From the NCBI GenBank assembly GCA_938039295.1, contig CALHUY010000052.1, positions 1,196-65,195 on the forward strand: a stretch of DNA of 64,000 bases, written 5' to 3'. Positions 29,501 to 37,709 of the stretch are shown here, in pieces (within the stretch, counting starts at the first letter, position 1; each line of letters opens with the position of its first letter). The translations under genes and the position numbers were made by a program. The DNA comes from an uncultured Solobacterium sp. Lineage in GTDB: Bacteria; Bacillota_I; Bacilli_A; Erysipelotrichales; Erysipelotrichaceae. The notes beneath the pieces are model-generated. The model was not told the DNA's origin. It made no database searches and worked only from the letters and a program-made list of their open reading frames with translations.

Positions 29501-29998
29501 CTTCTGATATCCACCAGACAATAATTTTTGTTTGAATGCATGCATGTCCAGCGTATCACCTGTTTTAACCGTGATACAGCGATCTTTAAAATCTTCTGGA
29601 AATGGCAGTTGTCTTAATAGTGCTGATGGACAAGTAATAACTACTTGGTTTGGATTCGATAACAGTCCTGCTAAGGTCTCTACTTTTTGTGCAGTTAATT
29701 CAGGGCTAGATGCGATAGCTTCTACACGTAATGATTCATCCGCACCAAAAAGAGCACAATCTTTTTCATCTAAGAGTGTCGCAACCCTCTCATATAAACG
29801 CTGTGCCGTATAGAGATTTTGTTTTACAACCAGAATTGGTCTTGGCTTCTTTTGGAAAGAAGTTGCAATGACTAACGCTTCTTCAATCAAAGAAGTATAT
29901 GGAATTGGGGACTTTGCGTGATCCAACAGATTTACAGCTGGATTATCCACCATTCTTTCATACAACCAATTTGGAATTTTCTGTATTGAATTTTTCAA
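26561..29998 (-). CDS. mfd: transcription-repair coupling factor
   Basis: 1145 aa. UvrB-homology N-terminus, RNAP-interaction domain, superfamily-2 translocase motifs (GDVGFGKTEV, DEEQRFG), TRG motif. Confidence 0.95.
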   Translation of the reverse strand: MKNSIQKIPNWLYERMVDNPAVNLLDHAKSPIPYTSLIEEALVIATSFQKKPRPILVVKQNLYTAQRLYERVATLLDEKDCALFGADESLRVEAIASSPELTAQKVETLAGLLSNPNQVVITCPSALLRQLPFPEDFKDRCITVKTGDTLDMHAFKQKLLSGGYQKTAHIDQPLTFAARGGIVDVYSINYDSPIRIEFFDTEVESIRFFDVATQKTIEKIGEVTIIPAGDVFFTDEQIEEICTKSEELLSKENKPILAAEIESDLHALREKVFASHMYSYMALLSKTAGIWDYMQNPLIVYSDEQLILDSAKKLNEETVTYIQEMVQEEKMLPKFAMWHDIHSISKHGKKVVEDPFTENVVNIEELHIPNETLEQKLLLIHQPMPVVLALSEKEVVTVIDKCVEMKLPYHLLTDDGEPVEGINIYTNSFAQGFYIVDKNLKVYTAAEIFAYHHHKGRYENKFRNAEVIHGYDELQPGDYVVHAQYGVGQYICIENREIQKVKRDFLKIIYRGNTELLVPLEQFRLVRKFVSREGVVPKLNKLGSGDWEKTKQRLQSNVENIAERLLTLYANREQHIGFAFSKDNEMTKKFENSFSFDLTPDQEKAVAEIKKDMESNKPMDRLVCGDVGFGKTEVSIRASFKAVCDNKQVAVLCPTTILAEQHFHTFQKRYQEFPVTVKVLNRFVSPAEQKQVLKELEEGKIDIIIGTHRLLSKDVKFKDLGLLVVDEEQRFGVEHKEKIKELKNGVDVLSLSATPIPRTLQMSLVGIRSLSLLETPPLNRYSVQTYVVEKDKNLIRDAIQKELSRNGQVFYLHNNIDQIYNIARNIQNLVPESRVGIVHGKLGKEEIEDIMKRFIEKELDILVCTTIVENGIDIPNVNTILVDNAQDFGLAQIYQIKGRVGRSDRLAYAYLLIPPRRQLSEVAQKRLTAVKEFARLGSGYKIAMRDLTIRGAGDLLGSDQSGFIDTVGIDMYIEMLEEAIQAKKDGRKQEDLTPKPKTNIQTTSYIPEEFAPDDFDKLDMYQRIDAIKNEKMLEAYKNDVIDQYGKLPKEVSTLFLKKQLDLALEEPIVENYREIRGQTELTFSPLFSQRADGVKLFEKITKISKDATLRYTNGTIIVILPKNSQNISLAIKIIYAAKESMRNEN

Positions 29999-30079
29999 GT
30001 AATCTCCTTTTTGTGTCTTCTTATTTTATCATTATTACCCTTTGAAAAACAGAAGAACACTTAATACATCTTTCTTCTA

Positions 30080-30112
30080 GATAAGAAAAATTGCCACAAA
30101 TCATGGCAATTT
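30080..30112 (-). terminator. terminator of pth (ATTGCCA-tgatttg-TGGCAAT + TTTTCTT on minus strand)
   Basis: Hairpin plus T-run directly after the pth stop on the minus strand. Confidence 0.6.
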
Positions 30113-30115
30113 AAC

Positions 30116-30697
30116 TTACTTTTTCTTTTCTTTGATGTTGTATTTGTTCATCACTTTCTCTAAAGGCTCATTGACCCAAGCTTCTGCCGCATCTGCTGCG
30201 ATAGAGATGATACGTTCAAATTCCTCTCGTTCTGCCTTTGGGACTGGAGATAATACCCAATCAGGAACCTTTGCGTGATTTCCTGGCTCACTATGACCAA
30301 CACCAATTCGTACACGCGCAATTTGGTCTGTTCCTAGTGCATTGATAATAGACTTCATACCCTTTTGTCCACCACCAGAACCATTCTTACGAATACGTAA
30401 AGCACCAACAGGAATATCCATATCATCGTGTAAGATTAGAATATCCTCTGGTTGTAATTTATAGAACTTCACAGCTTGTGAAATTGCACTACCTGATTCA
30501 TTCATATATGTAAGTGGCTTCATGAGTGTTACTTGTTCACCATTGATTCTAACGCTAGCGATAAGTGCATTCCACTTTTCTGATGTAATGGAAGTTCCTA
30601 ACTTTTCAGCTAGTTTATCTACGGCTAGAAATCCACTGTTATGTCTTGTCTTTTCGTATTCCTTGCCAGGGTTTCCTAAACCTGCAATTAACTTCAT
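30116..30697 (-). CDS. pth: peptidyl-tRNA hydrolase
   Basis: MKLIAGLGNPG...HNSGF Pth signature. Confidence 0.95.
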   Translation of the reverse strand: MKLIAGLGNPGKEYEKTRHNSGFLAVDKLAEKLGTSITSEKWNALIASVRINGEQVTLMKPLTYMNESGSAISQAVKFYKLQPEDILILHDDMDIPVGALRIRKNGSGGGQKGMKSIINALGTDQIARVRIGVGHSEPGNHAKVPDWVLSPVPKAEREEFERIISIAADAAEAWVNEPLEKVMNKYNIKEKKK

Positions 30698-31638
30698 TAC
30701 TTGTTATCCTTTTCTTCTAAATCCGCATCTGTTAATCTCTCTAGAACCATTGTCTCAGATAGATTTTCAGATGGTTTCTGATCTAACTTTTCAATATCAC
30801 TATCTGTTAATTTTTCCAATACCATGGTTTCAGATAGATTTTCTTCAGAATGAGACTTCTTGTTTTCTACAACTTCTGTTTCAACAGCCTCTTCTGTACT
30901 GCTATCTAAAGTAATATCTAAACTTTGAATCCATCTCTTACCAACACCTGTTTGTGCAAATTGTTCTAGCATTGGCTTTAGTTCTTCTTGTTGATCAAAC
31001 TTCGCTTGGTCTTGATAAATCTTATAAAGTGTAGCATTTGCGAGATTCTTATAAATACCAATCATCGTTCTAGAATAGATATATCCTTCATAGTCACCTT
31101 CAAGTAACTTTTCAAAGAATGTCTGACCACGGTCATCTATTGAATCATAATATTTATCAAGCTGGTCTGATAATGCCTTTGCAAGTTGATTTCCTAATAA
31201 TTCTTCATATGGTTGTAACTTTGCATGCATGGTTGCACGTAAATCATCTCTACCAATATGATGTAATACATTTGGAATTGCTAGATATAAATAGAAGAAT
31301 GAATCTTCATTTGTGTCGATTGACTTAACACCCTTCTTATCTTCAATTAAAGAATCGATATCTAGTTCTTGTAATGTAGTATCAAATTCATGAAAGTCTT
31401 GGTGATATGCACATCCCCAAAGTTTTAATACACGTCCTTTATTGGCAAATTCTGGATCATTTACTGTTGAAATTAATTGATCCACGCGGTTAAAGAACAT
31501 CTCCTTCTCATTGATTAAGCGCACTGCATCAATAATCATCTTATTTTTTCCGTTACGCTTTGAAGATATAAACATCTTAATAATTAAATATGCCATTGCA
31601 ATATACATTGCGAATGTTACAAATCTTGCTGGGTTCAT
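30697..31638 (-). CDS. hypothetical membrane-anchored protein with C-terminal tandem acidic repeats (ENLSETMVLE[KR]LTD[SA]D[IL]E...)
   Basis: N-terminal TM helix. Two ~22-aa repeats at the C-terminus. Start/stop overlap with pth (ATGA). Confidence 0.55.
   Translation of the reverse strand: MNPARFVTFAMYIAMAYLIIKMFISSKRNGKNKMIIDAVRLINEKEMFFNRVDQLISTVNDPEFANKGRVLKLWGCAYHQDFHEFDTTLQELDIDSLIEDKKGVKSIDTNEDSFFYLYLAIPNVLHHIGRDDLRATMHAKLQPYEELLGNQLAKALSDQLDKYYDSIDDRGQTFFEKLLEGDYEGYIYSRTMIGIYKNLANATLYKIYQDQAKFDQQEELKPMLEQFAQTGVGKRWIQSLDITLDSSTEEAVETEVVENKKSHSEENLSETMVLEKLTDSDIEKLDQKPSENLSETMVLERLTDADLEEKDNK
30722..30860. repeat. imperfect direct repeat (~66 bp x2) encoding the ENLSETMVLE..LTD repeats
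   Basis: ...ccattgtctcagatagattttcagatggtttctgatc... repeated as ...ccatggtttcagatagattttcttcagaatgag... Confidence 0.6.
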
Positions 31639-31770
31639 ATTTTTCCCTCCCGTACTTATCTATATATTATACAGAAATATCCTAGACTTGTTCAAAATTT
31701 GCGAATCATTTGTTATATGGTAAAATACCTATACATTATCTAATGTATACATATATAAAGGAAAAACGTT

Positions 31771-32547
31771 ATGGAAAACGAAAAGAAGATAAAAACGAAA
31801 TTTCTCAGTGTTCCTACACTGCTTAAATTCTTATTACTAGTATCTGTATGCTTATTCTGCGTAGCGCTCTACGTCAATAGTCATCCAGAGTTATTAAAGA
31901 AGACAACACCTACTCCAGAGCCTACGGCAACTGCTTCTACAGTAGAGCCAACTGCATCTGCTTTACCAGCCCATTTAACAGATCCAAACAGCGTTACAGT
32001 ATTGGTTGATAAAAATCACTCCCTTTCACGTGACTTCGTTCCTGCAAATCTAGCTTCTCCGTATTTACAGAGTACTGCAGATGTAATTCAAATTCGTCAG
32101 GACGTTGGTGATGCGGCTAAATCTATGATTTCTGCTGCTGAAGCTGCTGGTATTAAACTTTATGTTACAGCTGGATACCGCTCTTATGATGAACAACAGA
32201 CACTTTATGAAGACCGTGTTAGTAAGTTAGGTGAAAAAGAAGCCTCTGATACAACTGCTAAAGCAGGTTATAGTGAAAATCAGACAGGTTTAGCACTCGA
32301 CTTTACAGATACAGCGACTGGTACAAGTTCTGTAGACTTCGCAAATACACCTGCTGGTAAGTGGTTATATGAAAATGCACATAATTATGGATTTATCCTA
32401 CGTTATCCTGATAAGAAGCAGGATATTACAGGATATAGCTATATGCCATGGCATTACCGCTATGTTGGAACAGATGTTTCTAACGCAATGTATGAACAAG
32501 GTGGCGCTAATTTAACATTTGAAGAATTTTATCAGATAACAAAGTAG
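31771..32547 (+). CDS. membrane-anchored D-alanyl-D-alanine carboxypeptidase, peptidase M15B (VanY-like), second paralog
   Basis: TM anchor, T/P/A-rich linker, and the same GYSYMPWHYRYVG catalytic region as 15367-16152. Confidence 0.8.
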   Translation: MENEKKIKTKFLSVPTLLKFLLLVSVCLFCVALYVNSHPELLKKTTPTPEPTATASTVEPTASALPAHLTDPNSVTVLVDKNHSLSRDFVPANLASPYLQSTADVIQIRQDVGDAAKSMISAAEAAGIKLYVTAGYRSYDEQQTLYEDRVSKLGEKEASDTTAKAGYSENQTGLALDFTDTATGTSSVDFANTPAGKWLYENAHNYGFILRYPDKKQDITGYSYMPWHYRYVGTDVSNAMYEQGGANLTFEEFYQITK

Positions 32548-32570
32548 AAAATCTCTACTTTGTTTTTTTG
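32542..32570 (+). terminator. rho-independent terminator (AAGTAGA-aaatc-TCTACTT + T7)
   Basis: Stem-loop overlapping the stop codon, followed by TGTTTTTTT. Confidence 0.65.
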
Positions 32571-32619
32571 TTTGTGTGTAATTTTCTATAATTCTTTTTC
32601 ATCTATTTTCATTCTAGCG

Positions 32620-32650
32620 TTGACATTTTTCACTTCAAAAAGTATTATTT
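32620..32650 (+). promoter_or_regulatory. candidate rpmH promoter (-35 TTGACA 32620-32625; -10 TATTAT ~32644-32649)
   Basis: Consensus -35 and an 18-nt spacer to a TATTAT hexamer, ~45 nt before rpmH. Confidence 0.4.
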
Positions 32651-32692
32651 ATGAGCATATGTTCAATATATAGTAATTTGGAGGTGGCATGA

Positions 32693-32827
32693 ATGAAGAG
32701 AACATACCAACCAAGCAAGAAAAAGAATAAAGCTACACACGGCTTTAGAGCCCGTATGGCTACTGTGGGTGGACGTAAAGTTATCAACAGACGTAGAGCT
32801 AAGGGAAGAAAGGTCTTATCTGCTTAA
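32693..32827 (+). CDS. rpmH: 50S ribosomal protein L34 (44 aa; absent from the ORF track because <60 aa)
   Basis: Hand translation [55 protein letters not shown] 6 nt upstream. Canonical rpmH-rnpA-yidC-jag synteny. Confidence 0.95.
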   Translation: MKRTYQPSKKKNKATHGFRARMATVGGRKVINRRRAKGRKVLSA

Positions 32828-32828
32828 G

Positions 32829-32852
32829 AAGCCACCATTGGTGGTTTTTTTC
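32829..32852 (+). terminator. partial terminator/attenuator between rpmH and rnpA (GCCACC-att-GGTGG + T7)
   Basis: Short stem followed by TTTTTTT. Confidence 0.5.
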
Positions 32853-32870
32853 TTACTGTAGAGGTTAGAG

Positions 32871-33203
32871 ATGAAAGTAAAGAATCGAATTAAAAAAGCG
32901 GAAGAATTTCAATCCATGATCAAAAAGGGGGCAAAGATTGTAAATCAATCCTTTGTCATCTATTACGGACAAAAAGACGATGATGAGGCACGTATTGGTA
33001 TTTCTGTGTCAAAGAAGCTAGGAAATGCCGTACATCGCAATCTATATAAACGTCAGGTTCGTATGATGTGTCATGAATTAATTGATTTTAAAAACACAAA
33101 TCATGACTTGGTCTTGATTATCCGCTTTAACTATTCTTCTCTTAGCTATGAGGAGAATAAAAATAACTTGGAAAAACTATTAATAAAGGCTAAAATTAAA
33201 TAG
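32871..33203 (+). CDS. rnpA: ribonuclease P protein component
   Basis: Basic ~110-aa protein, MKVKNRIKKAEEFQSMIKKG..., immediately downstream of rpmH. Confidence 0.9.
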   Translation: MKVKNRIKKAEEFQSMIKKGAKIVNQSFVIYYGQKDDDEARIGISVSKKLGNAVHRNLYKRQVRMMCHELIDFKNTNHDLVLIIRFNYSSLSYEENKNNLEKLLIKAKIK

Positions 33204-33223
33204 TTGAAACATAAGGAGAAAAT

Positions 33224-34132
33224 ATGAAGTTTACCCCTCGTACAAAGAAACTACTTGCCTTAATGGCAATTGTGACAATCGTAGTGACAGCTACTGGTTG
33301 TACAGCTCCAAAGGATGCGAATGGACACATTATTTTGATTTCCAACACAACAACTTTTGGAGATATCTTCCAGTCTGAAAACTGGTTTAATGCATTATTT
33401 GTTTGGCCACTAAGCTGGGTACTTAACCACTTAGCACCAATTATCACTGTTGGTGGTGCAATCGCTGTCGTTACTGCGGTTGTAAATGGTTTACTTGCAG
33501 TCTTTACATTAAAATCCCAGATGAGTATGCAAAGAATGCAGATGTTACAGCCTGAATTAAACAAGATTCAACGTAAATACGAAGGCCGTGACGATCAAGC
33601 ATCTAAGATGCGTATGGCTCAAGAACAACAGCAGTTAATGAAGAAGTATGACGTTAACCCTGGTTCTATGATGTTAGTACAGTTCATTCAGTTACCTATT
33701 ATCATGGCTATGTTCATGGCTATCCAACGTGCAGAAGCCATTGTAAATGGTACATTCTTAGGAATGAACTTACAGGTTAAGCCTAGTGAAGCGTTTGGTT
33801 TATTATTTAAAGGTGATCTTAGTGGATTACCATATATCATCTTGTTCTTATTAATGGCTGTTACACAGGTAGTATTAGTATTATTACCAATATACTTCCA
33901 AAAGAAGAAGGCTGCGGCTGAAGCTGCCAAGCATCATCGTAAGCCAGAACCTACAAATAATCAGAACATGATGATGCAGATGTACATGATTGTTATGGTA
34001 CTTGCATTCGGTTTAATGTGGCAATCAGGTATGTCCTTATTCTGGTTCATTCGTAACATCGTAGATATTATTAAGACAATTGTTGTCCAAAATATCATGG
34101 AGAATAATTCACAGAAAGAAGGCTTAAGATAA
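33224..34132 (+). CDS. yidC: membrane protein insertase YidC/Oxa1 (lipoprotein type)
   Basis: Lipobox VTATGCT, five TM segments, basic C-terminal tail. Confidence 0.9.
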   Translation: MKFTPRTKKLLALMAIVTIVVTATGCTAPKDANGHIILISNTTTFGDIFQSENWFNALFVWPLSWVLNHLAPIITVGGAIAVVTAVVNGLLAVFTLKSQMSMQRMQMLQPELNKIQRKYEGRDDQASKMRMAQEQQQLMKKYDVNPGSMMLVQFIQLPIIMAMFMAIQRAEAIVNGTFLGMNLQVKPSEAFGLLFKGDLSGLPYIILFLLMAVTQVVLVLLPIYFQKKKAAAEAAKHHRKPEPTNNQNMMMQMYMIVMVLAFGLMWQSGMSLFWFIRNIVDIIKTIVVQNIMENNSQKEGLR

Positions 34133-34773
34133 TGCAAATCTATACTGCAAAAACACTTGAAGAACTTCTACAAAACGCTGCTGAAGAAAAGGGAGTTACA
34201 ATCGATGAATTAGAATATACAATTGTGGAAGAGAAAAAGGGATTATTAGGAATTGGTAATTCTGTATCCGCAAAGGTATTCTGTGCTGAAGATGTGAAGG
34301 AATTTATCTTTGACTACTTAGGTGAATTCTTTACACATATCGATTTAGATATTGAAGTAGCTTTAGAAGAATTAGATGATAGTTATGTCATCAATCTAAA
34401 TTCTGATAACAACGCTATTCTCATCGGTAAGATGGGTAAGACATTAGCTGCGTTCAATACAGTATTACGTGCTGCTGTAAACTCTGAATTTGAAAAGCGT
34501 ATCGATGTATTGATTGATATCAACCACTACAAAGAAGAGCGCTATCAAAAGATTCGTTCTATGGCAAAGCGTATCGCAAAACAAGTTCAACGTTCAAAGG
34601 TTGATGTAGTACTTGATCCAATGCCAAATGACGAAAGAAAAGTGATTCATAAGGTATTAGGTGATTGGCACAACATCAAGACAGAATCAGAGGGTGAAGG
34701 TAGTTACAGACACATCTGCATTCGTTATGTTTCCGATGAACCACAGGAAGAAATTCCAAATATGTCTGAATAA
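34132..34773 (+). CDS. jag: RNA-binding protein Jag/KhpB (KH + R3H domains)
   Basis: Jag N-terminal domain plus KH and a C-terminal R3H (VLDPMPNDERKVIHKVL). Overlapping start with the yidC stop. Confidence 0.85.
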   Translation: MQIYTAKTLEELLQNAAEEKGVTIDELEYTIVEEKKGLLGIGNSVSAKVFCAEDVKEFIFDYLGEFFTHIDLDIEVALEELDDSYVINLNSDNNAILIGKMGKTLAAFNTVLRAAVNSEFEKRIDVLIDINHYKEERYQKIRSMAKRIAKQVQRSKVDVVLDPMPNDERKVIHKVLGDWHNIKTESEGEGSYRHICIRYVSDEPQEEIPNMSE

Positions 34774-34802
34774 GAATTCCTTAATTGGAATTCTTTTTTT
34801 AT
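34773..34802 (+). terminator. rho-independent terminator (AAGAATTCC-ttaatt-GGAATTCTT + T7)
   Basis: 9-bp perfect stem plus T-run after jag. Confidence 0.75.
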
Positions 34803-34956
34803 TGTTGTATATAAAATTTCATAAAGTGAAATACTTATTACTTGTTTGAAAAAAATGATAGGTTTATAATTATTTTAGTGAAATTAATCACAAGTATTTA
34901 CCGGTGATACCTATGATAATTCCATATGATTTACTTTTAAAAAGGAGATAAATTTT

Positions 34957-36018
34957 ATGTCTGAAATGCAAAAGGAGACAGTAGGCTCATTCATTTTAAA
35001 GGTATTAAATGGTGCAACAATCGCAATTGTTGTAGCGTTAATTCCTAACGCAATTCTCGCAACTTTCTTAAAACCATTCGCTTCTAATCCATTATTTGCG
35101 AATTGGTTACACATCGTTCAAGTATTCCAATACTTTACACCATTAATGGCTGGTTATTTAATTTCGATGCAGTTTAAGTTAAATCCAATTCAATCTTCTT
35201 GTGTGGGTGGTGCAGCTTATATTGGTTCTGGAGCTTGGAAATTCGTTGAAGTAACGATGGATGGAAATGTTACAAACATCTTCCGTTTAGCAGGAATTGG
35301 TGATGTCATTAACACAATGTTAACAGCAGCTCTAGCAATTCTTGTGATTCGTTTAATCAGTGCTAAACTAGGTTCTCTTAATCTTGTATTCCTTCCAATT
35401 ATCGTTGGAACGGGTGTTGGTTGGGTAGGTACTTTAACACTTCCATATGTTTCTATGATTACTTCTCTAATTGGACAGGGAATCAATTCATTTACAACAT
35501 TACAACCAATTTTGATGAGTATCTTAATTGCGATGTCGTTCTCACTCATTATCATTAGTCCACTATCTACCGTTGCGATTGGTTTAGCAATTGGTTTAAC
35601 TGGTATCTCATCTGCTGCTGCAGGTATGGGTGTAGCTTCTGCTGCTGCTTTACTTGTATGGGCATGCGCTAGAGTTAATAAGCCTGGTGTTCCTATCGCA
35701 ATTGGTTTAGGAGCCATGAAGATGATGATGCCTAATTTCCTAACAAATCCTATTATTGGTTTGCCAGTTGCGATTACAGCCGCAATCAGTTCTCTCAGTG
35801 TTCCTATCTTCCAGATGGTTGGTACTCCAGCATCAGCAGGATTTGGATTTGTAGGACTTGTATCCCCATTAGCAGCACTCAATGCAGGAAATATCAATGT
35901 TGTGATTATGCTAGTTGCCTGGATTGTTGTGCCATTTGTAGTTGGCTTTATTGTAAATAAAGTATGTTGTGATGTATTACATCTTTATAAGAAAGAAATA
36001 TTTACATTCAAAGGATAA
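34957..36018 (+). CDS. polytopic membrane protein / putative permease, family not recognised (353 aa, ~10 TM)
   Basis: Highly hydrophobic and Gly/Ala-rich. Likely co-transcribed with panE (14-nt gap). Confidence 0.5.
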   Translation: MSEMQKETVGSFILKVLNGATIAIVVALIPNAILATFLKPFASNPLFANWLHIVQVFQYFTPLMAGYLISMQFKLNPIQSSCVGGAAYIGSGAWKFVEVTMDGNVTNIFRLAGIGDVINTMLTAALAILVIRLISAKLGSLNLVFLPIIVGTGVGWVGTLTLPYVSMITSLIGQGINSFTTLQPILMSILIAMSFSLIIISPLSTVAIGLAIGLTGISSAAAGMGVASAAALLVWACARVNKPGVPIAIGLGAMKMMMPNFLTNPIIGLPVAITAAISSLSVPIFQMVGTPASAGFGFVGLVSPLAALNAGNINVVIMLVAWIVVPFVVGFIVNKVCCDVLHLYKKEIFTFKG

Positions 36019-36032
36019 AGGAGGAAAACAAA

Positions 36033-36956
36033 ATGTTTGTTTATATCGCAGGTGCAGGTGCAATGGGTTGCCGCTTTGGCTATCAATTACATAAAGCAGG
36101 AAATGAAGTTATTTTATTGGATATGTGGAAAGAACATATTCAGGCAATTAAAAATGATGGCTTAAAGATTGTTGGTGATACAGAGGATTGTGTCAAGATG
36201 ACTATCATGGAACCAACAGAAGCCACAAAAGAAGCTGAATTAATTATCTTATTTACAAAGGCTATGCAACTGCCAACAATGTTACAAAATATCAAGCAGA
36301 TTATTGGTAAGAATACAAAAGTACTTTGTTTATTAAATGGCTTAGGTCACGAAGATGTGATCAAACAATATATCCCTGAAGAAAATATCTTAATGGGTGT
36401 TACTGTATGGACGGCAGGATTAAAGGGTCCAGGTGTAGCGAAACTTATCGGTAAAGGTTCTGTAAATCTACAATCTATCGATAAGAATGGTGAAGAAGCT
36501 GCTAAGAAGATTGTGGAAGTACTAAATCAAGCAGATTTAAATGTAACTTATGATGAAGATGTATTACCATCTATTTGGCGTAAGGCTTGTGTTAATGGCA
36601 CAATGAACTCTACTTGTGCATTACTTGATTGTACAATTGGTGAATTCTTCTCTAGTGAAGAAGCTATCCGTGTCGTAGATACAATTATTCACGAATTTGT
36701 AATGGTTGGTGAAGCCACAGGTGTTAAATTAGATGAACAAGCAATTAAAGACTATGTTATGAAAACATCTGTAGCAGCAGCGGCACATTATCCATCAATG
36801 CATCAAGATCTCATCCAGAATCATCGTCCAACTGAAATTGACTACATCAATGGTGCAGTCGCTAAAAAAGGTGATTCCTTAGGCATTTCTACTCCGTATT
36901 GCCACATGATTACTGATTTAATTCATGCTAAGGAACATGTACTAAAGATTAAATAA
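36033..36956 (+). CDS. panE: 2-dehydropantoate 2-reductase (ketopantoate reductase)
   Basis: N-terminal Rossmann motif MFVYIAGAGAMGCRFGYQL. ApbA/PanE length and C-terminal domain. Confidence 0.8.
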   Translation: MFVYIAGAGAMGCRFGYQLHKAGNEVILLDMWKEHIQAIKNDGLKIVGDTEDCVKMTIMEPTEATKEAELIILFTKAMQLPTMLQNIKQIIGKNTKVLCLLNGLGHEDVIKQYIPEENILMGVTVWTAGLKGPGVAKLIGKGSVNLQSIDKNGEEAAKKIVEVLNQADLNVTYDEDVLPSIWRKACVNGTMNSTCALLDCTIGEFFSSEEAIRVVDTIIHEFVMVGEATGVKLDEQAIKDYVMKTSVAAAAHYPSMHQDLIQNHRPTEIDYINGAVAKKGDSLGISTPYCHMITDLIHAKEHVLKIK

Positions 36957-36961
36957 TGAAA

Positions 36962-36999
36962 GAATCCCTGTGTACAATGAAGTACACAGGGAATTTTTA
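36962..36999. terminator. bidirectional terminator (TCCCTGTGTAC-aatgaa-GTACACAGGGA + T-run)
   Basis: 11-bp perfect stem between convergent genes. Confidence 0.7.
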
Positions 37000-37233
37000 C
37001 TTTACATCTGTTGGTTTTGGATGATTTGGATTAAAGAAATGTGAATAAGAATTAAAACGAATAAAGAAATAAATGCAAACCATCACAATCATTACTGTCT
37101 CGAAGAGACGATTAAACATTTGCGGATCGTGGATATCAAAGAGAAGTGCTTTCAATAAACCTAATGGTAACGCTAGTAACCAAAGATACTGCTTTTTATC
37201 TTTGACAACGATCCAATTAAAGTAAGTTTTCAT
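36997..37233 (-). CDS. small hypothetical membrane protein (78 aa)
   Basis: ORF with two hydrophobic helices next to oriC. No family recognised. Confidence 0.35.
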   Translation of the reverse strand: MKTYFNWIVVKDKKQYLWLLALPLGLLKALLFDIHDPQMFNRLFETVMIVMVCIYFFIRFNSYSHFFNPNHPKPTDVK

Positions 37234-37349
37234 ACTTTTCTCCTAATTATATCCTTTCTAATTTCAATATATTACGAATTATATAGAATTCAAGCCTTTT
37301 TATATCATTTCTTGGGGAAAACTATCTGGTTTAATGTATATAGTAGTGG

Positions 37350-37670
37350 GTTATCAACAGCTTATTCACATCCCACAATCAGTGGTTATCCACAATTGTG
37401 GATAACTGTTGAAAACTTTAAATAATCCTTTATTTATCGCATTATTTTATAAACAATATTTTGTGTATAACCTATTTTTAAGAAAAGTTATCCACGATTT
37501 TTTTACTTATCAACATTGTTTATAACTTCTCCACATTTTTATCCACATCAAAATTTGTGGAAAACTGTGGAAAACCTTTATATTTCATACCTGTACTATA
37601 TTTTCTACATTGTTCAGTTGTGGATAAAAAAATTATCAACATTTTTACTATGGATTTATCCACAATTGAG
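37350..37670. other. oriC: oriC part 1: DnaA-box cluster upstream of dnaA
   Basis: Perfect TTATCCACA/TGTGGATAA at 37386-37394, 37397-37405, 37539-37547, 37619-37627, 37656-37664. One-mismatch boxes at 37363, 37488, 37557, 37567. AT-rich background. Confidence 0.9.
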
Positions 37671-37709
37671 TCTTAAAATAAGAGTGCGACTTAATAAAGG
37701 GGATTTTTT

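Noticed and set aside
35217-35897. 226-aa minus-strand ORF inside the polytopic membrane-protein gene
   Set aside because: It is antisense to a gene with clear TM periodicity. The translation is Ala/Pro/Ile-rich with no RBS, so it is a codon-bias artefact.
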